Positions 47,379-57,576 are shown, counted from the first letter of the stretch. The stretch is DNA of 64,000 nt from Anaerolineales bacterium (GCA_034430795.1 DAOUDJ010000222.1:5481-69480); one strand, 5' to 3'. Notes: a model not told the origin generated them from the letters alone. Numbers and translations are program-made.

Positions 47379-48506
47379 CTAGTTTCGATCTCTAGATGAA
47401 GTTCCCCATATCAAACCCTCTGTTTTGCGAAAAACGCGGCGGACGAATGATCTGATACGCGCCAGGAGTACGAGGCTGGTACGTCGCCAACGTGCGGCGC
47501 GAGAGATCTTGGGTTCAGGGGTGACCCATTCGACCGTCAGAGCGCCCCAAGTGAGACCGGCACCGAATCCAACAAGAACTAGATGATCACCATCTTGAAT
47601 CCTTCCATTTTGCAGGGCTTCGCAAGCGGCAATAGGGATGGATGCTGCTGAAGTATTACCATAACGGCTAAGGTTTATTACGAATTTCTCTAACGGGATT
47701 TTCAATCCGCGAGCTGCGGCCTCGATGATGCGCATGTTCGCTTGATGAGGGATAATCCAGGTTACATCATCTAGATCCCATCCGGCTAGCGAGACCGCTT
47801 CGCGCGTGGCTGACGTCATCACGCGCGTCGCGAAGCGGAAAACCTCGCGGCCATTCATTTGGATTGTATGCTGTTTCTTATCGACGGTTTCATGAGTGGC
47901 GGGAAGCTTGCTTCCCCCGGCGGGGATCGAAAGCAGGCCTTCACCGGATCCATCAGAACGCATAATGCAGGTGAGAACACCGCCAGGTGTATCGCTGGCC
48001 TGCAGGACGAAGGCACCCGCGCCATCACCAAAAAGGATGCATGTATCCCTGTCCTCCCAGTTGGTGAAACGGGAGAGCGTTTCGGCTCCTATCACCAGGG
48101 CGTTCTCGATTGAACCGCTCCGAATTGCCTGGGCAGCCATGTTAACGGCATAGATGAATCCTGTGCATGCCGCGGAGAGATCGAATGCACCGGCGTTGGT
48201 TGCTCCGATTTGATCCTGAACAATGCACGCAGTCGAAGGAAAGATGTACTCAGGTGAAGATGTGGCGACAATGATGAGATCGATATCATTGGCGGTGATG
48301 TCGGTCGACTCTAGCGCTTGGAGTGCTGCATCGACCGCAAGCGTTGCAGTGGTTTCCCCTTTCTCAGCGATATGACGTTCGCTGATTCCTGTTCGGGAGA
48401 GGATCCAGTCATCATTTGTATCAACCATCTTCGCCAGATCGTCGTTGGTTAGAATTCGGTCTGGCGCTGCCATTCCCCAGCCCGTGACGTGTGCGAACCT
48501 ATTCAT
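47379..48506 (-). CDS. fabH: 3-oxoacyl-ACP synthase III with a 48-aa basic C-terminal extension
   Basis: 'SAACTGFIY' (active Cys), 'IPHQANMRI', 'GNTSAASIP' and 'GFGAGLTWG'. A basic tail follows the usual FabH C-terminus. Confidence 0.9.
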   Translation of the reverse strand: MNRFAHVTGWGMAAPDRILTNDDLAKMVDTNDDWILSRTGISERHIAEKGETTATLAVDAALQALESTDITANDIDLIIVATSSPEYIFPSTACIVQDQIGATNAGAFDLSAACTGFIYAVNMAAQAIRSGSIENALVIGAETLSRFTNWEDRDTCILFGDGAGAFVLQASDTPGGVLTCIMRSDGSGEGLLSIPAGGSKLPATHETVDKKQHTIQMNGREVFRFATRVMTSATREAVSLAGWDLDDVTWIIPHQANMRIIEAAARGLKIPLEKFVINLSRYGNTSAASIPIAACEALQNGRIQDGDHLVLVGFGAGLTWGALTVEWVTPEPKISRAARWRRTSLVLLARIRSFVRRVFRKTEGLIWGTSSRDRN

Positions 48507-48523
48507 AAAGGATCAAAACCTTT

Positions 48524-49762
48524 CTATACCTTCCCAAATATTAAACAAGCGTTATGCCCGCCAAACCCGAATGAGTTTGTCATGACGTACGTTAATTCCT
48601 GCTGGCGTGCCTCATTGGGAACGTAGTCCAGATCGCATTCCGGATCGGGGGTATGGTGGTTGATGGTGGGTGGGATTACATTATGCTGTAAAGCCTGTAT
48701 ACAGAAAATGGATTCCAATGCTCCCGCCGCGCCGAGTAAATGGCCCGTCATTGACTTCGTAGATGAGACTGCAAGATGATACGCGTGTTCACCGAAGACC
48801 GCTTTTATCGCCTGAGTCTCGCCCACATCGTTGAGTTTGGTACTCGTCCCATGGGCGTTGATGTAATCGACCTGTTCAGGTGCTAAGCCAGCATTTGTGA
48901 GTGCGTTCTGCATACAAATCCCTGCGCCTATGCCGTTCTCGGCAGGGGCAGTCATATGGTACGCGTCGCTCGTGGCGCCGTATCCTAGTACCTCTGCCAG
49001 GATCTTCGCACCACGCGCATGGGCTATTTCGTAGGACTCGAGAACCAGGCAGGCGGCACCCTCCCCCATGACGAATCCATCCCGTTCAAGATCGAATGGT
49101 CGACATGCCTCCATTGGGGCATCGTTACGGGTAGAGATTGCATTCATCGAGTTGAAACCGGCGAGAGCGACGGGAACGATCGCCGCCTCAGCCCCGCCGG
49201 CGAGGATACCATCGGCGGCGCCTCTTCGGATCATCTCTGCTGCTTCTCCAATTGCATTCGCGCTGGAGGCACATGCGGTCACGATTGTCATGTTCGGACC
49301 TCGCAAGCCGTGGGCAATGGCGATATACCCAGGTGCGGAGTCGGGGAGCATCATGGGGATCATGTGGGGGCTCACCCATTTGGGTCCACGATCGAGGTAC
49401 TTCCAACTTTCGTTGATGAGTGTGCCGACCCCGCCAATGCCGCTTCCAATGACCGTACCGATCCGGTCGCGGTTTCCATCATCAATCGACAATCCAGAAT
49501 CCTGTATCGCTTGCGCGGCTGCTTCTAAAGCGAATTGCGTAAAACGGTCCGTCCGTCGCGCCAGGCGCTTGCCGATTGATTGGGCCACGTCAAATCCCTT
49601 AACCTCGGCTGCGATCCGGGTGCGGAAATCTGTAGTGTCAAAGTGGGTGATGAGCCCAACACCTGATTCGCCGGCTAACACTGCTTCCCAAGTAGTCTGG
49701 ACATCGTTGCCGAGTGGGCTGATACATCCCAATCCTGTGATTACCACGCGTCTGTATGACAC
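48524..49762 (-). CDS. fabF: 3-oxoacyl-ACP synthase II
   Basis: 'VVITGLG', 'ACASSANAIG', 'INAHGTST' and 'NSFGFGGHNA' motifs. Confidence 0.95.
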   Translation of the reverse strand: MSYRRVVITGLGCISPLGNDVQTTWEAVLAGESGVGLITHFDTTDFRTRIAAEVKGFDVAQSIGKRLARRTDRFTQFALEAAAQAIQDSGLSIDDGNRDRIGTVIGSGIGGVGTLINESWKYLDRGPKWVSPHMIPMMLPDSAPGYIAIAHGLRGPNMTIVTACASSANAIGEAAEMIRRGAADGILAGGAEAAIVPVALAGFNSMNAISTRNDAPMEACRPFDLERDGFVMGEGAACLVLESYEIAHARGAKILAEVLGYGATSDAYHMTAPAENGIGAGICMQNALTNAGLAPEQVDYINAHGTSTKLNDVGETQAIKAVFGEHAYHLAVSSTKSMTGHLLGAAGALESIFCIQALQHNVIPPTINHHTPDPECDLDYVPNEARQQELTYVMTNSFGFGGHNACLIFGKV

Positions 49763-49936
49763 GTTACCCTCCTATCCGGTGTATGATTTACTGCCCCCTC
49801 GTGTAAATAACACTATTTGTGTGGATTGGGTACGCTCAAAATAAGTGACCCTATGCTAGAATTTGCTCTGACTTCACATTCTTCCAAAATTTACTAGACA
49901 CAGTTTTTCGTTTTATTAAGATCTCACAGAAAATGA

Positions 49937-50887
49937 GTGTCGAGGAAGCCCATGCTCTTAGTGACTGGAGGAACAACTTTTATCGGCCGAGCCGTCTTGA
50001 GAAACCTATCGACGTACGGCTATTCAATCCGTACGCTCCTCGAACCTTCTATAGAATCTCCCATGCTGCCACCAGGCGTAAGTGTGGACGTCGCCCTCTC
50101 ATCACTCGACGACGAACGGGGAGTCCGCGCAGCGATGGTGGATGTCTCTGCCGTGGTCCATCTCGCCGGAACAGGATTAGATCGCTCATTTGACGACCCG
50201 GAGATCGTTGATGCCGAAGGGACGAGGGTGCTCGTTGATGCTGCAGAAGAAGCCGGAGTTGAACGCTTTATCTATCAGAGCACTTTAGGAGCAGATCCCG
50301 CCTCGGCGTATCCTCAAATTCGGGCTAAGGCGATTGCGGAAAACTATATTCGCAATTCGAGTCTGCACTACACGATCTTGCGTTCAGCGGTTCTTTTTGG
50401 CAGCGATGACCGCTTTACAACTTCATTGGCGATGCTTATGGCTGGGTCAGTATTGTTCTTTCCCATTCCTGGTGACGGATCTACAGTCCTGCAGCCTTTA
50501 TGGGTTGAAGATCTCGCCACTTGTATCGGCTGGAGTTTAGATGAAGAGGAGACAAAGGGTGGTACGTTCGAACTGGGCGGCCCTGAGTACTTTACCTTTC
50601 GACAGGTTGTTACGATGGTGATGCGTGCGGCAAGCATCATGCGCATCATCATTCCAACTCGCCCGCCGTATTTACGTGGAGTCGCCTGGTTGATGGAGAG
50701 GACTCTGCGTTATTCTCCGACATCGACAAATTTTCTGGATTATCTTGCAGTGAACAGGACGACCGATTTAGACACTTTACCGCGGTTATTCGGGCTTGCA
50801 CCGACGCGTATGGAGGATCGTCTAGATTACCTCCGGGAGAAGAATTGGGGCTGGGAACTGCTGAGACGGCAATTTTCTGGGAGGTGA
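49937..50887 (+). CDS. NAD(P)-binding NmrA/NDUFA9-like atypical SDR
   Basis: 'MLLVTGGTTFIGRAV' Rossmann motif. Start is GTG 49937 or ATG 49952. Confidence 0.78.
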   Translation: MSRKPMLLVTGGTTFIGRAVLRNLSTYGYSIRTLLEPSIESPMLPPGVSVDVALSSLDDERGVRAAMVDVSAVVHLAGTGLDRSFDDPEIVDAEGTRVLVDAAEEAGVERFIYQSTLGADPASAYPQIRAKAIAENYIRNSSLHYTILRSAVLFGSDDRFTTSLAMLMAGSVLFFPIPGDGSTVLQPLWVEDLATCIGWSLDEEETKGGTFELGGPEYFTFRQVVTMVMRAASIMRIIIPTRPPYLRGVAWLMERTLRYSPTSTNFLDYLAVNRTTDLDTLPRLFGLAPTRMEDRLDYLREKNWGWELLRRQFSGR

Positions 50888-50896
50888 TGCAAAGAG

Positions 50897-51778
50897 ATGA
50901 AAGACGGGATTGAGATACGCTCGATATTCTTATACGAAGAAATGGTGCAAACGGAAGATTTACAGCGGATCGTATGGTCGGGAAGTGAGACCGACATAGT
51001 CCCTGCCCATCTTTCAATGGCAATCAGCCATAACGGTGGTATCGTGCTGGGGGCATTCGATCAAGAGAAATTGGTCGGCTATCTGTTGGGATTCCTGGGC
51101 ACTGATTTGGAGAGTCCGGATCGCATTGCGATGACGCGCTTGAAGCATTGCTCGCACCAGGTGGGGGTGCACCCAGCGTACCGAGGTCGTGGTATCGGTT
51201 TCACGCTGAAGCAAGCTCAACGGGAAGAGGTTCTCAAGCAGGGAATTCGCCTGGTTACATGGACATACGATCCGCTGCTCTCGATGAACGCGCATCTGAA
51301 TATTCGGCGGCTTGGTGCAGTGTGCAGTACATACATCCAGCGCGCGTACGGAGAGATGCGCGACGCATTGAACGTAGGGGTAGAATCCGATAGATTTCAA
51401 GTGGATTGGTGGGTGACATCTCCCCGCGTTTCTTCTCGTTTTGAAGATGCGAGAAAGCCACTTGATATGGCTCACTATCTCGATGCTGGCGCGGAGAAAG
51501 TGAACCCCTCCATCCTGAAGGATGAGGGTCACCTGTACCCGGGTGAGGCAATCTCAGCTCCCGACGGGATATTCGCATTGGTTGAGATCCCGCCTGATTT
51601 TCACGCACTGAAGCAAGCCGACTTAGGTCTCGCAGAGAGCTGGCGGGAGCACTCCCGGGAAATCTTCACATCGGTATTTGCCGAGGGGTATCTTGTTACT
51701 GATTTCCTGTTCCTCAAGGGTGAGGAGCAGCCTCGATCATACTATGTGCTCACTTATGGAGAAGGGAAACTAGGGTAA
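50897..51778 (+). CDS. GNAT-like acyltransferase (293 aa)
   Basis: Motif A-like 'HQVGVHPAYRGRGIGFTLKQAQ'. Its stop overlaps the start of the downstream enolase-superfamily gene (TAATG). Confidence 0.6.
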   Translation: MKDGIEIRSIFLYEEMVQTEDLQRIVWSGSETDIVPAHLSMAISHNGGIVLGAFDQEKLVGYLLGFLGTDLESPDRIAMTRLKHCSHQVGVHPAYRGRGIGFTLKQAQREEVLKQGIRLVTWTYDPLLSMNAHLNIRRLGAVCSTYIQRAYGEMRDALNVGVESDRFQVDWWVTSPRVSSRFEDARKPLDMAHYLDAGAEKVNPSILKDEGHLYPGEAISAPDGIFALVEIPPDFHALKQADLGLAESWREHSREIFTSVFAEGYLVTDFLFLKGEEQPRSYYVLTYGEGKLG

Positions 51779-52884
51779 TGCGAATCGAACGCATCGAATT
51801 ACATCACATCCGCATGAGATTGAAGAACCCCTTCATCACATCCTTTGGAGAAGAGCTCGACCGAGAATGTGTGCTCGTTAGAGTTTACTCAAAAGGCCTC
51901 GACGGGTGGGGTGAATGTGTCGCCAGCAGGGAACCCGGGTTTTCTTATGAGACTGTGGAGACTTCTTGGCATGTACTGCGGGATTTCTTCATCCCGGCCA
52001 TCCTCAACCGACCGATCTCACACCCGCGCGATCTAAAACAGCATTTACGGGCTTATAAAGGGCATCCGCTTGCTCGTGCTGGGCTTGAAATGGCATTATG
52101 GGACTTACGGGGCAAGCTGGATGGGAAATGCCTTAGAGCGCTCCTTGGAGGAGACAAACATAGCATAACGGTAGGCGTATCCGTTGGGATCCAGGAGAAC
52201 TCGGAGGCGATGATCGAGAAGGTGGGAGAGTATCTGCATAGCGGATATGGCAGGATTAAGGTCAAGATAAAACCCGGTGCAGACCTGGAGGTTGTAAAAG
52301 CCGTCCGGGATCGTTACCCCGATATCAATCTCCAAGTCGATGCGAACGCGGCGTATGCGTTAAGTGATACGCCGCTTTTCAAGGATCTCGACTCGCTGGG
52401 GCTATCCATGATCGAACAACCTTTGGCAGAGGACGATCTGATTGATCACGCTGAGTTGCAGGCGCAAATTAAAACTCCCATATGCCTGGACGAGTCGATC
52501 CGCAATCATCGCCATGCGGGGCAGGCAATTGCCATCAAAGCCTGCGGGGTGATCAACATCAAATCCGGCCGTGTTGGTGGGCTGACGGAGGCAATCGCAA
52601 TTCATGATCACTGCGTTAGGGAAGGGGTTCCTGTTTGGTGTGGGGGCATGTTGGAGACGGGAATTGGCCGTGCAGCGAATCTTGCGCTCGCCTCACTTCC
52701 TGGATTTAAGCTTCCAAGCGACATCTCGGCAACTGACCGCTATTACGACCCTGATATCGCTGAACCGCGTTTTACGCTCAATGCTGACAGCACGATTAAT
52801 GTGCCGGATAAGCCCGGGCTGGGCGTGGATGTGAACCATGAGGAACTGGAGCGGGTGACCTTGAAGGTTGAGGTGATGACGTAA
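51778..52884 (+). CDS. enolase-superfamily o-succinylbenzoate synthase / N-succinylamino acid racemase (NSAR/OSBS subfamily)
   Basis: 'IKVKIKPG' (KxK), 'LQVDANAAY', 'MIEQPL', 'ICLDES' and 'INIKSGRVGG' supply the metal ligands and both catalytic lysines. Confidence 0.85.
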   Translation: MRIERIELHHIRMRLKNPFITSFGEELDRECVLVRVYSKGLDGWGECVASREPGFSYETVETSWHVLRDFFIPAILNRPISHPRDLKQHLRAYKGHPLARAGLEMALWDLRGKLDGKCLRALLGGDKHSITVGVSVGIQENSEAMIEKVGEYLHSGYGRIKVKIKPGADLEVVKAVRDRYPDINLQVDANAAYALSDTPLFKDLDSLGLSMIEQPLAEDDLIDHAELQAQIKTPICLDESIRNHRHAGQAIAIKACGVINIKSGRVGGLTEAIAIHDHCVREGVPVWCGGMLETGIGRAANLALASLPGFKLPSDISATDRYYDPDIAEPRFTLNADSTINVPDKPGLGVDVNHEELERVTLKVEVMT

Positions 52885-53283
52885 AGGATGGTCGCGGAGA
52901 ATCCAACCATAGAAGGGTGCGCAGCATCCAGGCAGCTACCAGGATCTTACATTTAACGAAGTCAATTCAATACTTGTCATCATCTAATTGAATACCTCAA
53001 TATCCTTCAATTGATCTATCCGGGGACTGGCTACAATGCTTCTGCACTATGTGGAGTGCGGAAGCTCTGCTTCCGGTCGCAGGCGCAGCCGACGCCTTGG
53101 ATTTTGTGCGAATAAACGAATAGATCGACCTTTGCCAAGGTGATGAATCGCTTTTTCTGTTCTTCCCCCCTAATGTCTCTCTGACAACGATCGATGTGGT
53201 TTTTCGTTTCGAAGGGACGTCTCTAAGGGACATTAACAGCGCAAATCCGTTTGGGTGCCAACATATTATTGGGGAGAGACCTA

Positions 53284-53856
53284 TTAAAAAGTTGCTGGGA
53301 ACAGGTTCGTGATCCAATCGATCGAAGCTGCACCAGCTAATGCGAAAGCCAGCATCTTAAGCGTCTTCCCGAGCCAGGCCCAGAGAAGGAAAGAACCGAT
53401 CGGCATTTTGAGCGCTCCGGCTGCAATGCCGGCGAGATCGAAGAAGGGATTCGGGATGAAAGCCAGAATCAGGATAAGCAGGGCGCCATGCTTAGCTGTC
53501 CACAACTCAAGCTTTTTATAGAGTTGACTATCATCGACGGTCCCCTGTCCACTGAAGCCGACAAGGTACCCCGTAATTTCACCGATTGCAGCGCCGGTTC
53601 CGGCAGCAAGTGCAACCCCCAAGGGGTTGAACACAGCACCAAATGCAAAAGTAAATGCAATGGCGGGTGCAGGGATGATGATCGTGGCGTTCGCCAGCAG
53701 CGACAGTAAGAAGATGCTTGGATATCCATACCCGGCTAGCTGTTCAGTCTTATCTCTTATGGAGAAGATGAAGACTGTGATTGCAATTGCGACGACAAAC
53801 GCTAAGATGCGAACGGCGTGAAGTTTCCACCCCGAAAGCCATCCAGATTGCTTCAC
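53284..53856 (-). CDS. YqaA/VTT (DedA-related) membrane protein
   Basis: '[32 protein letters not shown]' resembles the SNARE-associated/VTT domain. Confidence 0.7.
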   Translation of the reverse strand: MKQSGWLSGWKLHAVRILAFVVAIAITVFIFSIRDKTEQLAGYGYPSIFLLSLLANATIIIPAPAIAFTFAFGAVFNPLGVALAAGTGAAIGEITGYLVGFSGQGTVDDSQLYKKLELWTAKHGALLILILAFIPNPFFDLAGIAAGALKMPIGSFLLWAWLGKTLKMLAFALAGAASIDWITNLFPATF

Positions 53857-54365
53857 TTCTCTTCAATCAGAATAGTCTTGATAGCAACAGCAGGTGCGTG
53901 GGATTGGGCTGGATCGCGCACAGGGATTGCCATCAAGACATCCAGGCCTCCCGTCACGCGACCGAAGACGGAGTGTTTACCATCTAGGTGAGGCGTTGCA
54001 ACATGGGTGATGAAGAATTGAGAGCCGTTCGTGTTAGGTCCCGCGTTAGCCATCGAAAGCACACCGGGCCCGTCATGGCTCAACTCGGGGTGGAATTCGT
54101 CTTCAAAGGAATATCCTGGCCCACCGCGTCCAGTCCCGGTCGGGTCGCCGCCTTGAACCATGAAGTTCTCAATAACTCTGTGAAAAATAACACCGTCGTA
54201 GAAACCTTCTCGCGCGAGGAATACGAAGTTATTAACCGTGTTCGGCGTCTTATCGACGAAGAGTTGAAGGACGATGTCGCCGTCACCGGTCTGTATTGTC
54301 GCTGTATAGGATTTTTGCGGATCGATGCCCATCGCCGGTGGGGATGTGTAAGATTTTTCGGTCAT
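53853..54365 (-). CDS. cyclophilin-type peptidyl-prolyl cis-trans isomerase
   Basis: '[25 protein letters not shown]' and '[18 protein letters not shown]'. Confidence 0.95.
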   Translation of the reverse strand: MTEKSYTSPPAMGIDPQKSYTATIQTGDGDIVLQLFVDKTPNTVNNFVFLAREGFYDGVIFHRVIENFMVQGGDPTGTGRGGPGYSFEDEFHPELSHDGPGVLSMANAGPNTNGSQFFITHVATPHLDGKHSVFGRVTGGLDVLMAIPVRDPAQSHAPAVAIKTILIEEK

Positions 54366-54387
54366 GAGGTCTCCTTTATAAGTAGGG

Positions 54388-55020
54388 CTAGTTGGAGGTT
54401 AAGAGAGCTTCGATTCTGGCGACGACCATGTCCATCGCAACGGTGTTCAACCCGCCCTCGGGGATAATCACATCGGCATGGCGTTTCGAAGGCTCTACGA
54501 ATTCGAGGTGCATGGGACGGACGGTTGTCTGATATTGAAGAATGACAGATTCAACCGACCGGCCGCGTTCCTCAATGTCTCGCTTCAGCCGTCGGATGAA
54601 GCGGATATCGGGCGGCGTGTCGACGAAAATCTTCACATTGAATAGGTCACGAAGTTTCGATTCGGCAAAGATCAGAATCCCTTCCACAAGGATCACCGCT
54701 TGGGGATCGATGTGCGTGGTCTCCTCCGTTCGCGAGTGAGTTGTAAAATCGTAGATCGGTATCTCGACTGGCTCACGGCGTTGCAGGGCTTGAATATGTT
54801 CAACCAGGAGGCCCGATTCCAGCGAATCGGGGTGGTCGAAGTTGATCACATCACGCTGCGCTCGTGAGAGCTCGTCTAAATTTTTATAGTAGGCGTCATG
54901 CGGGAGAAAGGCGATGTGTTCCGTTCCGACGCGATTGAGGATGACGTTAGCGACCGTTGTCTTACCAGATCCAGTTCCACCGGCAATGCCGATCACAATC
55001 GGATTATATTTTGGCTTCAT
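54388..55020 (-). CDS. udk: uridine kinase
   Basis: P-loop '[13 protein letters not shown]', 'NFDHPDS' and 'VILVEGIL'. Confidence 0.93.
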   Translation of the reverse strand: MKPKYNPIVIGIAGGTGSGKTTVANVILNRVGTEHIAFLPHDAYYKNLDELSRAQRDVINFDHPDSLESGLLVEHIQALQRREPVEIPIYDFTTHSRTEETTHIDPQAVILVEGILIFAESKLRDLFNVKIFVDTPPDIRFIRRLKRDIEERGRSVESVILQYQTTVRPMHLEFVEPSKRHADVIIPEGGLNTVAMDMVVARIEALLTSN

Positions 55021-55204
55021 AAAACCATTATACGTGAAGCGTCATCTGAATGAAACTCACCCACTCTAGGGCCGTCGAAAAATCCACAATGTTCGTCCGT
55101 TCAATAGAGGCGCCCGGTTAAGGTCCTATCCTTATGTGGGTTCGCTCCTTAAGGTTTGAACAAATGTGATGGGGATTCTCCTGTCAAAGGATAGGAATCA
55201 AAAG

Positions 55205-55277
55205 AGCCAGCGAAGGGATTCGAACCCTTGACCTGTCGCTTACGAAGCGACCGCTCTGCCGACTGAGCTACGCTGGC
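55205..55277 (-). tRNA. tRNA-Thr (anticodon CGU)
   Basis: Reverse complement GCCAGCGTAGCTCAGTCGGCAGAGCGGTCGCTTCGTAAGCGACAGGTCAAGGGTTCGAATCCCTTCGCTGGCT folds as a cloverleaf: 7-bp acceptor, GCTC/GAGC D-stem, GTCGC/GCGAC anticodon stem with loop TTCGTAA, and TTCGAAT T-loop. CCA is not encoded. Confidence 0.93.
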
Positions 55278-55392
55278 TTGCTGTGGCTAGGAATTGTAAA
55301 TATTCAGGAATTGCCTGGGTGCTAATGCGGCGAAATTATACCAGCCGCAGCGAAGGCTTGGCAAGATGGTCGGCTTGTTGGATAATGTTTCT

Positions 55393-56640
55393 ATGCGCGT
55401 GGCGATGCTTTCATATCACACATGTCCTCATGCAACCCTGGGAGGGAAGGACACAGGAGGCATGAATGTGTATGTCCGCGACCTGACCCGTGAACTGGGT
55501 CGAAGAGGGGTCGGCGTGGATGTTTTCACTCGTTCCCAGGATGAGCACGTTCCACATGTTCTCCATGATTTGGGTTATGGCAACCGCATCGTCCACGTCC
55601 GTGCAGGCCCGGAAGTTCCCCTGGCTAGAACGGAACTGGTCGAGTATCTCCCCAAATTTGTGGACGAGATCATTCAATTTTCGCAGGCGAAAGGCTTGAC
55701 CTATGATCTCATCCATTCGCATTATTGGCTCTCTGGACTTGCGGCGCTGGATCTGCGCGATCTCTGGTCAGTCCCCATTATCCAGATGTTTCATACGCTT
55801 GCGGTCATGAAAAATCGAGTAGCTCGCAGCGAGCAAGAGGCAGAATCAACGATCCGTGTTGACGCAGAGAAACGGTTGCTGCGTGAAGTCGACCGCGTCG
55901 TTGCAGCCACACAAGCCGAGGTTGCCCAAATCCAATGGCTCTACCAAATTGGGACGGAGAATGTGGCAGTTATCCCGCCCGGTGTGGATACAAGTCATTT
56001 CTACCCCATTGCGAATGATGAAGCGAAAGAGTTCGCTGGGATCGCTCAGGAGAAGCGGATCATCCTCTATGTTGGTCGGATTGAAACTCTGAAAGGCATC
56101 GATACTTTACTGCGGGCGATTGCGCAGCTCATTGAAGATGGTGTTTTCCGGAATACCTCCTTCGGTCTTTTAGTAATCGGTGGGGACGCTAATTTAAGTG
56201 CGGAGGATACCAACGCGGAGATGCTCAGGTTAAAGGAAATTTCTGAATCCTTAGGCTTGGGATCGGTCGTTTCTTTCTTGGGGAAGTGTGACCAGGATAC
56301 CTTGAAATATTATTACTCCGCTGCGGATATCGTCGTCGTTCCATCTCACTATGAGTCATTCGGGCTGGTAGCCTTAGAAGCTATGGCTTGCGGAACACCT
56401 GTTGTCGCCTCGGAAACGGGAGGTTTGGTCTTCCTCATTCGGGACGGCGAGACAGGTTTCCATGTCCCCGCCGGGGATGTTGCTTCACTCGCTGACAGAC
56501 TGGCCCGTCTATTACAAGATGACGTTCTACTCGCACGCCTGGGAAGCCAGGCCGCGGCCTACGCAAAGGGGTACGATTGGGCTCATATCACGGACCAAAT
56601 TCTGGATCTTTACGGGACGCTGCTGCCTAAGACCGCATAG
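55393..56640 (+). CDS. MshA-like GT4 retaining glycosyltransferase
   Basis: 'MRVAMLSYHTCPHATLGGKDTGGMNVYVRDL' closely parallels the MshA N-terminus. EX7E region 'ESFGLVALEAMACGTPVVASETGG'. Confidence 0.78.
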   Translation: MRVAMLSYHTCPHATLGGKDTGGMNVYVRDLTRELGRRGVGVDVFTRSQDEHVPHVLHDLGYGNRIVHVRAGPEVPLARTELVEYLPKFVDEIIQFSQAKGLTYDLIHSHYWLSGLAALDLRDLWSVPIIQMFHTLAVMKNRVARSEQEAESTIRVDAEKRLLREVDRVVAATQAEVAQIQWLYQIGTENVAVIPPGVDTSHFYPIANDEAKEFAGIAQEKRIILYVGRIETLKGIDTLLRAIAQLIEDGVFRNTSFGLLVIGGDANLSAEDTNAEMLRLKEISESLGLGSVVSFLGKCDQDTLKYYYSAADIVVVPSHYESFGLVALEAMACGTPVVASETGGLVFLIRDGETGFHVPAGDVASLADRLARLLQDDVLLARLGSQAAAYAKGYDWAHITDQILDLYGTLLPKTA

Positions 56641-56805
56641 ACTCTTGCCCGCAGCACACGAAGTATCGTGCGTTTCTTTAGATGTGTCGAATCTGATTGA
56701 TCCTGCAGGAAGGCACACCGAATAATGAATCACGGTTTACAATAGTAGGCTGAATAAAATATATCGAGCAACACTTCGCAATGAGAAACAGGAATAGGAA
56801 ATTAC

Positions 56806-57576
56806 ATGGAAGAGCGGGTGATAAAGAATTATCTCATTGACATGGACGGGGTACTCGTAAGCGGACGGAAGTTGATTCCAGGTGCGAGCGATTTCATTCA
56901 CGCTCTGCACGCGAGAGAGCTTGGGTACCTTGTCCTAACCAATAACTCTGTCTATACACCACGGGACCTCTCTCACCGTCTTCAGATGCTGGGGTTGGAC
57001 ATCAACGGTGAGCGGATCTTCACATCCGCTATGGCAACTGCCTGGTTTCTCGATTCCCAGCATCCGCGGGGCAAGGCATTTGTCATCGGGGAGAGTGGCC
57101 TCACAGACGCAATCTATTCAATTGGATATGTAACCACAGACATCGCACCTGATTATGTCATCCTCGGTGAGACCTTGAGCTACAACATGGTTTCGATCAC
57201 ACGAGCGGTCCAATTGGTAGCAGAGGGTGCCCGGTTCATCGCTACAAATCCCGATCCGGCAGGACCATCAGAGAGCGGGATAGTGCCAGCGACAGGAGCG
57301 CTAGCGGCGCTCATCGAGAAAGCGACCGGCGTAAGCCCCATGTTCATCGGAAAGCCTAACCCCTTTATGATGCGGGCGGCTTTGAACTTCCTTGGTGCAC
57401 ATACTGAAAATACGGCGATGATCGGGGATCGGATGGAAACGGATATCATCGCTGGTGTTGAAAGCGGTCTGGAAACGATCCTGGTACTTACCGGCATCGC
57501 TTCCCGGGATGACCTGCATCGATATCCTTACAAGCCATCGCGCGTGGTAAATTCCTTAAGTGAAATTGAGATATGA
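56806..57576 (+). CDS. HAD-IIA (NagD-like) sugar-phosphate phosphatase
   Basis: 'YLIDMDGVL' nucleophile motif, 'LTNNS' and '[10 protein letters not shown]'. Confidence 0.85.
   Translation: MEERVIKNYLIDMDGVLVSGRKLIPGASDFIHALHARELGYLVLTNNSVYTPRDLSHRLQMLGLDINGERIFTSAMATAWFLDSQHPRGKAFVIGESGLTDAIYSIGYVTTDIAPDYVILGETLSYNMVSITRAVQLVAEGARFIATNPDPAGPSESGIVPATGALAALIEKATGVSPMFIGKPNPFMMRAALNFLGAHTENTAMIGDRMETDIIAGVESGLETILVLTGIASRDDLHRYPYKPSRVVNSLSEIEI

Noticed and set aside
49068-49844. 258-aa ORF on the + strand
   Set aside because: It is entirely antisense to fabF, whose product carries all canonical KAS II motifs. The product is Ser/Pro/Arg/Ala-rich, which is typical of shadow frames.
55021-55392. 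tRNA-Thr as an integration hotspot or genomic-island boundary
   Set aside because: There is no integrase, no direct repeat of the tRNA 3' end and no compositional break that I could see. The flanking genes are housekeeping (udk, GT4).
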